Counted from the first letter of the stretch, positions 29,452 through 38,342 are shown. The stretch: DNA of 64,000 nt from an uncultured Gemmatimonadales bacterium (GCA_963716255.1 OY970303.1:2080001-2144000); one strand, 5' to 3'. The notes: generated by a model from the letters alone, not told the origin. Made by a program: numbers and translations.

Positions 29452-30003
29452 TCATCGGCTCCCGGCGCCGCGGCCGTGCGCCGCGACGATGCACAGGCCG
29501 AGCTCGGGCGGCGGCTCGGCGCGGGTCACCCGCTCCACCGTGAAGCCGTTCTCCCGCAGGAACGCCGTGCACGCCTCCGCCGCGCGCTCGAGCCGCGCCG
29601 GCGAGGGCGGCTCGTAGAACAGGTACAGCCGCCCGCCGGGGGCGAGGACCCGCCGGACCGCCGCCAGCTCCCTCGCCGGGCCCAGCCAGAAGGCATTCAC
29701 GTTCACCGCGAAGACCCGGTCGAAGCGCTCGTCGAGGGAAGCGTCCGCGAGCGCGGCGCACACCAGCCGCACCCGGCCGGAGCGGACGTGCGCCAGGTTC
29801 CGTGCCTCCGCCGCGGCGATCGCGGCAGGAGAGCGGTCGATGCCGACCAAGCGCGCGGCGTCCGCCGCCTCGCAGATCAGCCCGATCGCCACGCCCCTGC
29901 CGCAGCCGACCTCCAGGACGAGCTCGCCCGGCAGGACGCCGAGCACGTCCACGGCCCATCGCAGGCGCGCCGGGACCTTCGAAGCCGTCACGAGGCGGTC
30001 CAC
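29452..30003 (-). CDS. Class I SAM-dependent methyltransferase
   Basis: VLEVGCGRG, GIDRS and VLAPGGRL. Confidence 0.85.
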   Translation of the reverse strand: MDRLVTASKVPARLRWAVDVLGVLPGELVLEVGCGRGVAIGLICEAADAARLVGIDRSPAAIAAAEARNLAHVRSGRVRLVCAALADASLDERFDRVFAVNVNAFWLGPARELAAVRRVLAPGGRLYLFYEPPSPARLERAAEACTAFLRENGFTVERVTRAEPPPELGLCIVAAHGRGAGSR

Positions 30004-30070
30004 GCCACGAATTCGACCACGGAGTGGCGCGCAGCACCGGGGGGCCCCGGCGGACGCCAGCGCGAGCCCC

Positions 30071-30201
30071 GCGTGAGGGATTCCGGCCCGAAGGGGCGAG
30101 ACCCCGCGGGCAGTTTCGCGGGGGCTCGACTCCGTTGGGCTGCGTTGTTTGCAGCCCTACGGAGCCGAAGCCCGACCCCGGCGCCAGCCGGGGACACGCC
30201 C
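30071..30201 (+). repeat. Structured dispersed element family 1, copy E
   Basis: Variable stem GGGCTGC/GCAGCCC. Confidence 0.95.
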
Positions 30202-30212
30202 AAACCTGCCGT

Positions 30213-32438
30213 TCACTCCCCTGGACGATACACCCGCTCGGTGTGCCCCACCAGCTGCGACGGGTAGAAGTACACGTCGCGCAGGCTCCCGCCCGCGTAC
30301 CGCTCCGCCTGGTCGTTGAAGTGCCTGGACCCCGGGTGCCCGCTCTCCCCGCCGGCGGTCACGGCCCGCGCCCGCACGCTGTCGCCGAACTCCACCACCG
30401 CCACGAAGCTGTTGCCGCTGGTGCCGTAGTACCGCCGGGTGCCCGGGTAGCGCCGCGCCCCGAACGAGGCGAGCGACCCCCACTGCGCCGAGGTGAAGGG
30501 CACGGGGATGCTGGCCCCCGCGTCGGAGAACGGCTGCACGATGTCGCCGGTGAGGCGCTGGAAGCGGTTGATCTCCCCCCACGGCGTCCGCCAGCTCCCG
30601 AAATCCTTTTCCAGCCGGTCGGAGGCAGCGGCGAGGGCCCGCAGCTTCTGCTCGGAGGTGGTGCGCGTGGCCATGTAGTCGTACACGCTGATCCCCGCCG
30701 TGTGCGCGTCGGCGGCCACCTGGCCCCACAGCTCCTCGCCCCAGAACACCGCCAGCGAGGTGGCCACCGACTCCGCGGACCACCGGTAGTCCCAGTCGCG
30801 CAGCACCCCCACCTGCTGGGCCACCCGCGGCCCCAGCGGGCTGTCCGCCGCCGTGCGGTGGTCGAACGCCTCCAGCAGCCTGGGAACCAGCCGCGCGAAG
30901 GCGGTGAGGTAGGGATCGTACGCCGCCGCCTGGAGCGACTCCAGCGTGAAGTCCCTGCGATTCTCCAGCACCATCACCGCGTGGAGCCCGCGCGGGTTCT
31001 CCCCGGCCCGGTCCATGTAGCGCGGGAAGCGGTCGCGCCGGGGGCTGTCGGGTCCGGCCGCCGAGTACGGCCAGTTGTTGGTGTTCTGGATCCAGCCGAC
31101 GGCCGGGTTCAGCAGGTGCGGGGCCTCGTCCACCGGGTGCAGCCCCTTCCAGTCGGTGGCGGGGTCGCTCCCGTCCACCGGACGCGAGTAGTCGAAGCGG
31201 TCGTCGCGGCGCGGGATGAAGTGCGGGTGGAAGTAGGCGATGTTGCCTTCGGCGTCCGCGAAGATGGTGTTGTTGGACGAGTTGGCGCGCAGCTCCTCCG
31301 CCACCCGCCGGAACGACGCGTAGTCGCGCGCCTTGGTGCGCAGGAACGACTGGCTGAGCGCCTCCACCGGCCGCTGCATCAGCGCGACGCTCACCCACCT
31401 GCCGCCCTCTTCGCGGACGACGGGGCCGTGGTGCGTCCGGTAGACGGTGAACGTCCGCTGCGCCATGGCGCCGCCCGCGGTCCGGAAGGGCACGGTGACG
31501 GTGTCGGTGGCCACGGGGCGCTCCTCGCCGCCGTAGCGGTAGAAGCGGCGCCCGTCCCGCTCCGTGACCGTTTCCAGGAACTCGTCGATCACGTCCACGC
31601 CGCTGGAGGTGTGCATCCACCCCGCGCGCTCGTTGAAGCCCTGGTACAGGAAGAACTGCCCCCAGGTCGCGGCGCCGTAGGCGTTCAGCCCCTCGTCGCT
31701 GGTCACCTGCTGCTCGGAGCGGAAGAAGAACGAGGTGTGCGGGTTGATGAGCAGCAGCGCGTGGCCGTCCCTGGTGTTCCTGGGGGCGATGGCGAAGCCG
31801 TTGGAGCCGCCGGGCTCGCGGAAGCGCGCGGGATTCTCCTCCGGCGCCAGGGCGACGGCGCGCCTGCCGTAGAACGCCTCCAGCTCCCGCAGCGACACCG
31901 ACTCGATGTCCCCGCCGATGCTCCCCTCGCTGAAGGAGAGCGCCATCCACGGCTCGAAGCGCCGGATGACGCGCGGCGTGACCTCGGGGTGGGTGTGCAG
32001 GTAGTAGTTCAGCCCGTCGGCCCAGGCGTCCATCAGCCGCTTCAGCCACTCCGGGCTGGCGGCGTAGTGCGCCCGCATGCTGTCCGGGTGGATGAACAGC
32101 TTCATGCGCAGGTCCTGCCAGACCGCGGCCTCGCCCTCGGCCTCGGCGAGCCGGCCCAGGGAGTTGAGGTAGTTGGTCTCCACGCGGTTGAAGTCGTCCT
32201 CGGCCTGGGCGTAGATCATCCCGAAGACCGCGTCGGCGTCCGTCCTGCCGCGGACGTGGGCGATGCCCCAGTCGTCGCGGGTGATGGTGACGGCCTGCGC
32301 CTGCCGCCGCCAGCGCGCGGCGTCGCCGTCCGCCGCCGGCGCCGCTGCGCCCGGGGACGCGGGGGGGGCGCAGGCGCCCAGGAGGAGCAGGAGCGCGAGC
32401 CCCCGCAGGGAGCGGGGCGCCGTGGGGATGCGGGTCAT
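30213..32438 (-). CDS. Penicillin acylase family (peptidase S45, Ntn hydrolase) lipoprotein
   Basis: Lipobox LGAC, ITRDDWGIAHV, YAQAED, beta-chain start GSNGFAIAP, LINPH, QNTNN. Confidence 0.92.
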   Translation of the reverse strand: MTRIPTAPRSLRGLALLLLLGACAPPASPGAAAPAADGDAARWRRQAQAVTITRDDWGIAHVRGRTDADAVFGMIYAQAEDDFNRVETNYLNSLGRLAEAEGEAAVWQDLRMKLFIHPDSMRAHYAASPEWLKRLMDAWADGLNYYLHTHPEVTPRVIRRFEPWMALSFSEGSIGGDIESVSLRELEAFYGRRAVALAPEENPARFREPGGSNGFAIAPRNTRDGHALLLINPHTSFFFRSEQQVTSDEGLNAYGAATWGQFFLYQGFNERAGWMHTSSGVDVIDEFLETVTERDGRRFYRYGGEERPVATDTVTVPFRTAGGAMAQRTFTVYRTHHGPVVREEGGRWVSVALMQRPVEALSQSFLRTKARDYASFRRVAEELRANSSNNTIFADAEGNIAYFHPHFIPRRDDRFDYSRPVDGSDPATDWKGLHPVDEAPHLLNPAVGWIQNTNNWPYSAAGPDSPRRDRFPRYMDRAGENPRGLHAVMVLENRRDFTLESLQAAAYDPYLTAFARLVPRLLEAFDHRTAADSPLGPRVAQQVGVLRDWDYRWSAESVATSLAVFWGEELWGQVAADAHTAGISVYDYMATRTTSEQKLRALAAASDRLEKDFGSWRTPWGEINRFQRLTGDIVQPFSDAGASIPVPFTSAQWGSLASFGARRYPGTRRYYGTSGNSFVAVVEFGDSVRARAVTAGGESGHPGSRHFNDQAERYAGGSLRDVYFYPSQLVGHTERVYRPGE

Positions 32439-32627
32439 GGGTGAATGCATTCGGGTGGTCGCGGACGGCGCGGCGCCGCGGCGAATCCGCCGGCGGAGCC
32501 GGCGCAGCCGGGCGGATTCCTCGGAGTTCGGCCCTGCAACTTCGGAGGAGTGCAGCGGGATCGCAACCGGCGGTCCGGACCGGTCCGCACACCGCTCCAT
32601 CCTGCCGTCGGCGAGCTGCCTGTTTGC

Positions 32628-32656
32628 TTGACAATGCCGGAGGGCATCTGTACGAT
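32628..32656 (+). promoter_or_regulatory. Sigma70-type promoter for the precursor peptide gene
   Basis: TTGACA-N17-TACGAT, 36 bp upstream of the ATG at 32693. Confidence 0.7.
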
Positions 32657-32692
32657 GCTGATGTCCGTTCACCCTTTCCGGAGGTCGATCTT

Positions 32693-32860
32693 ATGGCCGT
32701 TGCAGCGGAGCCGCGCATCCTGGACGTGAGGAACAGTCCCGAGGAGCGAATCGCCGGGTTGAAGAACGACAAGCTGCGCAGGATCGCCGAGGCGGTCCGC
32801 TCGTCGTCCGACGAGCGCCCTACCGCGGGTCATCTGAACTACTTCAAGACGACGAGCTGA
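32693..32860 (+). CDS. Putative RiPP (triceptide) precursor peptide, 55 aa
   Basis: GGAGG RBS at 32680. MAVAAEPRILDVRNSPEERIAGLKNDKLRRIAEAVRSSSDERPTAGHLNYFKTTS*: helical LRRIAE leader, aromatic-rich C-terminus, upstream of an rSAM maturase. Confidence 0.8.
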   Translation: MAVAAEPRILDVRNSPEERIAGLKNDKLRRIAEAVRSSSDERPTAGHLNYFKTTS

Positions 32861-33240
32861 CTCCGGTCTTCGACGGGGCCGCGAGCCCGGTTCCGGATCG
32901 CGCGGGAGCCGCGCGACCGGAACCGACGCCGGAGGACAGAGCCGGGCGCGCGCCTGCGGCAAGCCGGGGATCCGGGGGCTCGCACCGCCGGTCGGGTCCA
33001 TCCGCTCGGATCCCCGCATGGGCACATGGGATCGTGACCATCCGCTGCACGCTCGCTGGCGTGCCGGCGTAAGGTCGGCGTGCTTCGAAATCTCGGACTC
33101 CAGCGCCACTGCCCGGTGGGCGGCGGGTCGAGACCCTGCCCTCGGGCGCTTCCTTCGTCTGCACGACGCACGCAGCCCGCAGCGGCTCGCGTGGCCCCCG
33201 TGGTACCGAGTACCCTCCCGTCCCCTTCGGAGCCCTCTCC

Positions 33241-34410
33241 ATGAGCCCAGAAGCTTCGGATTGCTCAGCTTCCGCGGTCGAGGGCCGGCACCCTCTCAAT
33301 TCGTTCATCCTGAAAGTTGCGAGCCGCTGCAATCTGAACTGCAGCTACTGCTTCATGTACAACCTGGTCGACCGTTCGTGGAAGTCGCAGCCGAAGATCA
33401 TGTCGCCGGATACGTTCAGCGAGACATGCACACGAATCCGGGAGCACTGCCTCTGCCACGGGCAGCGGTCGGTCTCCATCGCGCTGCACGGCGGAGAGCC
33501 GATGCTGGTCGGGATCGAGGTTCTGCGTGAATATCGATCCATCGTCCGGGACGAGCTCGAGTCGGCGGGAATCGGGGTCGACTTCGTCATGCAATCGAAC
33601 GGGACGATCTTCTCCGAAGAGCTGGGGGAGTTCCTGCTGGAGAGCGGCATCGGCATCGGGATCAGCCTCGATGGGCCCCCGGATGTACAGGACACCTACC
33701 GGATCGATCACCGTGGTCGTGGAAGCTCGCCCGCGGTCGAGCGCACCCTCCGGGCGATCACCCAGCCGCGGTATCGCCCCATCTTCAGGGGTTTCCTGTG
33801 CGTGATCAACGCCGGTGCGGATGCCCGGAGCGTGGTGGACTACCTGCTGTCCTTCGACCCGCCGATGATCGACCTGATCCTGCCCGACGACAACTACGAC
33901 AGGCTGCCCTATGGAAAGGCGCGATCGCTGGACGACACGTCGATGGGCCACTGGCTGGTGCAGGCATTCGATACGTGGTACCGCTCCGAGACCCCGGTTC
34001 GCGTCCGCTATTTCGAGAACATCCTGAAGCTGATCCTGGGAGGCACATCCGACATCGAGACGATCGGGAACAGTCCCGCGGACTTCATCATCGTCGAAAC
34101 GGATGGCACGTTCGAGCTGCTGGACTCCCTGAAAGGGTCCTACGAGGGTGCGACCTACACCGGGATGAGCGTGTTCCGGAACGGTCTCGATGAAGTGGCG
34201 GACCTGTGCCAGGTACGGTCCAGGCAGCTCGGAGTCGAAGCCCTGAGTGCCACCTGCCGCGCGTGCGAGATCGTGGACATCTGTGGCGGGGGATACCTGC
34301 CGCACCGGTATTCGACCGCGAACAGCTTCGACAACCCCAGCGTGTACTGCTCCGATCTGAAGATGATCATTCACCACGCTTACCGCGCGATCTCGGAGGA
34401 GCAATGGTGA
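33241..34410 (+). CDS. Radical SAM/SPASM peptide maturase, FxsB/YhhB-like (cyclophane-forming)
   Basis: LKVASRCNLNCSYC, D.SW...P..MS, LHGGEP, ISLDGP, and C-terminal CRAC.IVDICGGGYLPHRY...SFDNPSVYC. Confidence 0.88.
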   Translation: MSPEASDCSASAVEGRHPLNSFILKVASRCNLNCSYCFMYNLVDRSWKSQPKIMSPDTFSETCTRIREHCLCHGQRSVSIALHGGEPMLVGIEVLREYRSIVRDELESAGIGVDFVMQSNGTIFSEELGEFLLESGIGIGISLDGPPDVQDTYRIDHRGRGSSPAVERTLRAITQPRYRPIFRGFLCVINAGADARSVVDYLLSFDPPMIDLILPDDNYDRLPYGKARSLDDTSMGHWLVQAFDTWYRSETPVRVRYFENILKLILGGTSDIETIGNSPADFIIVETDGTFELLDSLKGSYEGATYTGMSVFRNGLDEVADLCQVRSRQLGVEALSATCRACEIVDICGGGYLPHRYSTANSFDNPSVYCSDLKMIIHHAYRAISEEQW

Positions 34411-35012
34411 CGGCAGCCGACTGCGCGCCGAGCGACCTGGCCGGGAGACCGGGATCCCTGGCCTTCTCGGACATCCCGTTCGATCACTTCACGTGGCCGA
34501 ACTGCCTGTCCCCGGACTCGTTCCGGGTGGTCAGGGAAGAGGTGGCCCGCCTGGAGTGGCAGAATGCGCGCAGCGAAGAATACCTGAAGGATCACAGCAC
34601 GAGTGCGAGCACGGAGCTGCTGGTCAGCGGCGGAACGGGCACGAAGGTCGCGCTGGATTTCTTTCGCTCGGCAGGGTTCATCGACCGGCTCAACGAGATG
34701 TTCGGCGTGACTGCCACGCACCTTTCGAACATCGTGTACCTGCGCATGCGGGCGGGTTTCTACAATCACGTCCATTCGGACGAGAATGATTTCGGCGAGC
34801 TCGTCCGGCTGATCCTGTACATCAGCGGGGAGGAGGAGTACGCGGGCGGCGAGCTGGTCCTGCACGGCGACCGTGACGGGCGCGGCGCGTCCTGCGCCCT
34901 GCGGTTTCCCGCGAACAGCATGTTCGGGTTCAGGATGGACGGCCGGTCCTACCACTCGGTGAAGGAGGTGACCGCCGGGGAGCGTATATGCTTGAGCCTG
35001 ACCTACTCGTGA
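34404..35012 (+). CDS. 2OG-Fe(II) oxygenase (prolyl-4-hydroxylase-like)
   Basis: GGAGGAG RBS, overlaps the rSAM stop. HSD...GGEL...YHSVKEV..GER gives the HxD/H triad and 2OG-binding Arg. Confidence 0.85.
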   Translation: MVTAADCAPSDLAGRPGSLAFSDIPFDHFTWPNCLSPDSFRVVREEVARLEWQNARSEEYLKDHSTSASTELLVSGGTGTKVALDFFRSAGFIDRLNEMFGVTATHLSNIVYLRMRAGFYNHVHSDENDFGELVRLILYISGEEEYAGGELVLHGDRDGRGASCALRFPANSMFGFRMDGRSYHSVKEVTAGERICLSLTYS

Positions 35013-35144
35013 GCGCCATTTTCCCCGCTCATGGGAATTCCTCCCCGCCTGGGAGGGGCCGACGCTTCCGCACGTGCAGCGCCGCCATGATCCGCGCCTC
35101 CGGAATGCGGTTTCAGCTCACCTGAGCGTGCGTCGCCGGCTCGC

Positions 35145-35744
35145 ATGAATCCCATGCCGAATGCATCCCACTACGAGCGCAGGCGGGCATGGTACCACCA
35201 CCAGTACTGGTCGGCGAGCGAAGCCCCGGCCGAATCGTCCAGGAACGGGTTCGCAGACTATCCGTCAGCCACCTACGACCGGTTCGCGGCCATCGTTCGT
35301 GAGCGCGCGAGGGCCGACGAGATCGCTCTCCTGGATCTGGGCTGCGGAACCGGGTTGCTCCTGAAGCACATACGCGACCGGGTCCCGTTCCGGGTCGTAC
35401 CGCATGGAGTGGACTTCCTGGAGGAAGCGATTCGTGAGGCCCGGCGCGTGCACCACCCCGAGTACGCGGAAAACTTTGTCGTCGGGAACATCAAGGATCA
35501 CGGGATCGAGCCGGGCAGATTCGACATCGTCCTCCTGGACCCGTCCCTGCTGGCGACGGACGACTTTCCTCCTCTCCTCCACCACCTGGCGACGAGCCCG
35601 CGAACCACCGTACTCCTGTACACGTACGCGGACGTACTGGAGGCGATGGGGGTGCGGACCTTCGAGGAGATGCCGTGTCTGAGGAATGTACGCGGCTCCT
35701 TTCGCTCTCACGACGACGTGTCGTTCGCGATGGTTCCGGCCTGA
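35145..35744 (+). CDS. Class I SAM-dependent methyltransferase
   Basis: LLDLGCGTG, GVDF and FDIVLLD. Same strand and similar lower-GC composition as the rSAM gene. Confidence 0.8.
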   Translation: MNPMPNASHYERRRAWYHHQYWSASEAPAESSRNGFADYPSATYDRFAAIVRERARADEIALLDLGCGTGLLLKHIRDRVPFRVVPHGVDFLEEAIREARRVHHPEYAENFVVGNIKDHGIEPGRFDIVLLDPSLLATDDFPPLLHHLATSPRTTVLLYTYADVLEAMGVRTFEEMPCLRNVRGSFRSHDDVSFAMVPA

Positions 35745-35861
35745 CCGGATCGAACCGGAACAAGGGATCGCCCCGTCCATTGCATCCGAACGTCCGTTTC
35801 GGATACGAGTTCGATCTCCAGGACAGGCCGGGACGAAGGCGCGCGGAGCCGGCGGCGGCGC

Positions 35862-36617
35862 TCACTTCTGCCGGGCGCTCCGCTCCATCTCGCGGGCCAC
35901 TTCCGTGGCGGTGCGGAACCGCTCGGGGCCGCCCATGCGCCGCAGCTCGTCGCGCGAGACCCGCGTGGGCTGCCCCTTCCGGAAGCGGGCCCTGATCTCG
36001 TCCATGTGGCGCTGGTGCTCGATGGCGTCGGCGAGAGAGCCGATCTCCAGGGGCGGCGCGCCCCCCGCGGCGGCCAGGCGGCCCCGCACCCGCGCGCGGT
36101 GCGCCCGCACCAGGGCGCCCGCCGGGGTCGTGGCGGGGTGGTACTCGCAGTCGATCTCCGGCGGCATGCTCATGGGCGAGGCCGCCAGGGCGGTGCTGGT
36201 CAGGACGAAGGTGCCGTCGCCGAAGACGCTTTCCAGCTCCACCACGCGGACCGCCTTCCCGGAGAGCTCGGCGTGGTGGACGAAGGCGAGCACCCGGCGG
36301 TCCTCGCCGAGCATCACCCGCATCGCCGTTGGCTCCCCGATCTGCGCCCGGCTCACGGTCACGTCCTCCACGTCCCCCAGGAAGGAGAAGTCGAGCGCCG
36401 CGAAGTCTCCCGTCCTTTCCTCGTAGAAGGCGTGGTCCAGACGCGGGAAGTCGCCGAGCGACACTTCGCGGTAGCTGTGCGGCCCGGAGTACAGCGCCTG
36501 CATGGTGCTGCGGACGCTGCGCGCGGCCCTGCGGACGCGCCGGCGCCGGCCCAGGTACGCGGCGGCGCCCGCGACGAGCAGGAGCGCGACGGCAGCGGCG
36601 GCGAGGAGGTAGGTCAT
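35862..36617 (-). CDS. Hypothetical membrane-anchored protein
   Basis: N-terminal TM segment; typical codon usage. Confidence 0.6.
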   Translation of the reverse strand: MTYLLAAAAVALLLVAGAAAYLGRRRRVRRAARSVRSTMQALYSGPHSYREVSLGDFPRLDHAFYEERTGDFAALDFSFLGDVEDVTVSRAQIGEPTAMRVMLGEDRRVLAFVHHAELSGKAVRVVELESVFGDGTFVLTSTALAASPMSMPPEIDCEYHPATTPAGALVRAHRARVRGRLAAAGGAPPLEIGSLADAIEHQRHMDEIRARFRKGQPTRVSRDELRRMGGPERFRTATEVAREMERSARQK

Positions 36618-36718
36618 GGCGGGTGCGGGTCGGATGGGCGGCCGGGCGGGCCCGCGGGAAGGTGCCGGAGCCCCCCAAGCTAAGCCGCCGCGCCGCCGGA
36701 GCAATGCCCGACCGGAAA

Positions 36719-36756
36719 ACGGCGCCCCCACCGGGATCTCCCGGTGGGGGCGCCGT
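36719..36756 (-). terminator. Intrinsic terminator
   Basis: 18-bp inverted repeat ACGGCGCCCCCACCGGGA/TCCCGGTGGGGGCGCCGT ending in a T-run on the minus strand. Confidence 0.65.
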
Positions 36757-36763
36757 CCGCTTT

Positions 36764-36916
36764 TCGCAGTACCCATCAGATATCCTGCGGAGGGAGACTC
36801 GCGCGCAGTTTGCGCGAGGCTCCCGCAGCCGGAGCGGAGACACCGGGGCAGTTTCGGTGGCTCCGCGACCCGCGCAGGAGACGGACGGCAGTATCGTCCG
36901 GCTCCGGAGCGGCCCC
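36764..36916 (+). repeat. Structured repeat family 2, copy 2
   Basis: Three GGAGAC-stem-GCAGTWT-stem-GGCTCC hairpins; matches 10687-10839. Confidence 0.85.
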
Positions 36917-37181
36917 GACGCGAGGGCCCCCGACGTACGAGCCCCCGACGGAATCAGAAGTGCCGGTCCATGAACGTGCTGGTGCCGTCCTCGGGGTTGC
37001 CGGTGGCGCCGGGCAGCTCCGTCCAGTTGTAGAACGACGCGGAGTTGGGGTCGTTGATGCGCGGGTAGGTGTAGTCCACTCCGCACGCGTTGTCACTTGT
37101 AGTGAGCGGAACGAGTGCTCACGGGGGGATGGACGCCGGAGGCTTGCGGAGCCGCGCCTCCGCTGGGGCGATGCCGCCGGC

Positions 37182-37552
37182 TCAGGAGGAGTTCCGCACG
37201 GCCGCGATGAACTCGTCGGGTGGGCGGTAGCCGTGCACGGCCACGTAGTGAACGACCAGGACGGCGGCCGTATACACCACCGGCCCCGCTCCGCGCACGC
37301 GGATCTCGCCGGTGCCGCACGGCTTCCGGACCTGGTCGTCGGGCCCGGACAGAACTCGCAGAAGTGGAGCCCCCGCATCACCGCCTGTGGCGTGCGCGCC
37401 AGTTCCCGGAGGCGGGCGACGAAGCCGGGTGGGCATTCGCCCGTGGAGTACGGCTGGTCCCCGGCGAGCCACCCGACGTTCAGCATGACGGCGGGCGGTT
37501 CGGGCCGGATGAACGAGTAGCTGTACTCCGACAGGTCCGTGAGGTATGCCAT
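37182..37552 (-). pseudogene. Conserved hypothetical protein (NVGWL / RG.H.C..C / HY..H.Y.PP.EF type) with a 1-nt frameshift
   Basis: N-half in the frame of ORF 36776..37552 up to HFCEFCPG. C-half (GTGEIRV...HYVAVHGYRPPDEFIAAV) in the frame of 37182..37559. Switch at about 37341-37349. Confidence 0.7.
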
Positions 37553-37598
37553 GACGCACGACCTCCGGGTTCGATGGACGGGCGGGCCGCGCCGGGTC

Positions 37599-38225
37599 CT
37601 ACCGGTAGTCCCACTGCACGACGCAGAACGACCTGAGCGAGACCCTGCGGTTGCCCAGGTACAGCGCGGAGCGCAGCCAGTTCTCCTGCTCGACCCTCAG
37701 GGCGTCGTCGGGCTTCGGGGCGCCCCGCCTGCACTGGAGGAAGACGACCTCCTCCCCCTTCCAGGCGTAGGTGTCCCAGCAGCCCTTGAAGCGGGCGCGC
37801 CCGTTCAGGCCGGCGACCCGGGCCAGGAGCTGACGGGGCTCCGCCTCCTCGATGGGGCGGTTCTTCTGCTCGTCGCGGGGGACGTCGCGCCACTCGGTGA
37901 GGAACTTCCACACCTCGCCGCGGCCGCCGGAGGTGTTCACCCAGCGGCCGCTCCACCCTTCCTTTTCCAGCAGCCGCAGCACCGCCAGCTCGGCGAACAG
38001 GTGCTCGCCGTCCAGCTCCACCATCCCCGCGGCCTTCTTGCCCAGGTCGTCCACGAAGGGCTGGCCCGTCCAGCGGGGGAAGCGCGCGAACACCGCCGGG
38101 ACGTCGTGGATGGCCCTCCCCGTCGGCAGGGTGATGGGGGTCCTGAGCTCCACCCGCAGGTCGTCGCGCTCTACCAGGGGCGCGAGCGCCGGGTACCACG
38201 CTGGCCGTTCCACCGGATCCGTCAT
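37599..38225 (-). CDS. VRR-NUC-like PD-(D/E)xK-fold protein, degenerate active site
   Basis: GCWDTYAW...FLQCR...D.LR.EQENWL resembles the G.PD...F.E.K...D.L...Q..W pattern. Confidence 0.5.
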   Translation of the reverse strand: MTDPVERPAWYPALAPLVERDDLRVELRTPITLPTGRAIHDVPAVFARFPRWTGQPFVDDLGKKAAGMVELDGEHLFAELAVLRLLEKEGWSGRWVNTSGGRGEVWKFLTEWRDVPRDEQKNRPIEEAEPRQLLARVAGLNGRARFKGCWDTYAWKGEEVVFLQCRRGAPKPDDALRVEQENWLRSALYLGNRRVSLRSFCVVQWDYR

Positions 38226-38342
38226 CGATCTCCCGCCGGGAGTGGGCGCGCGCGCGCCCGGAAGAGTGCCGCGAGCATGCGAAGATGCCTGCGGCATCGG
38301 CTCCGCCGCAAGCCGCGCGGGGCTCGTGCCCGGGCACCCGCG

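Noticed and set aside
30213..32438. S45 acylase as the RiPP leader peptidase
   Set aside because: Divergently transcribed, host-like GC and a common gene; adjacency is the only link.
32441..32692. 139-aa version of the precursor ORF
   Set aside because: The upstream part spans the promoter and abuts the divergent acylase start. The RBS and promoter support ATG 32693.
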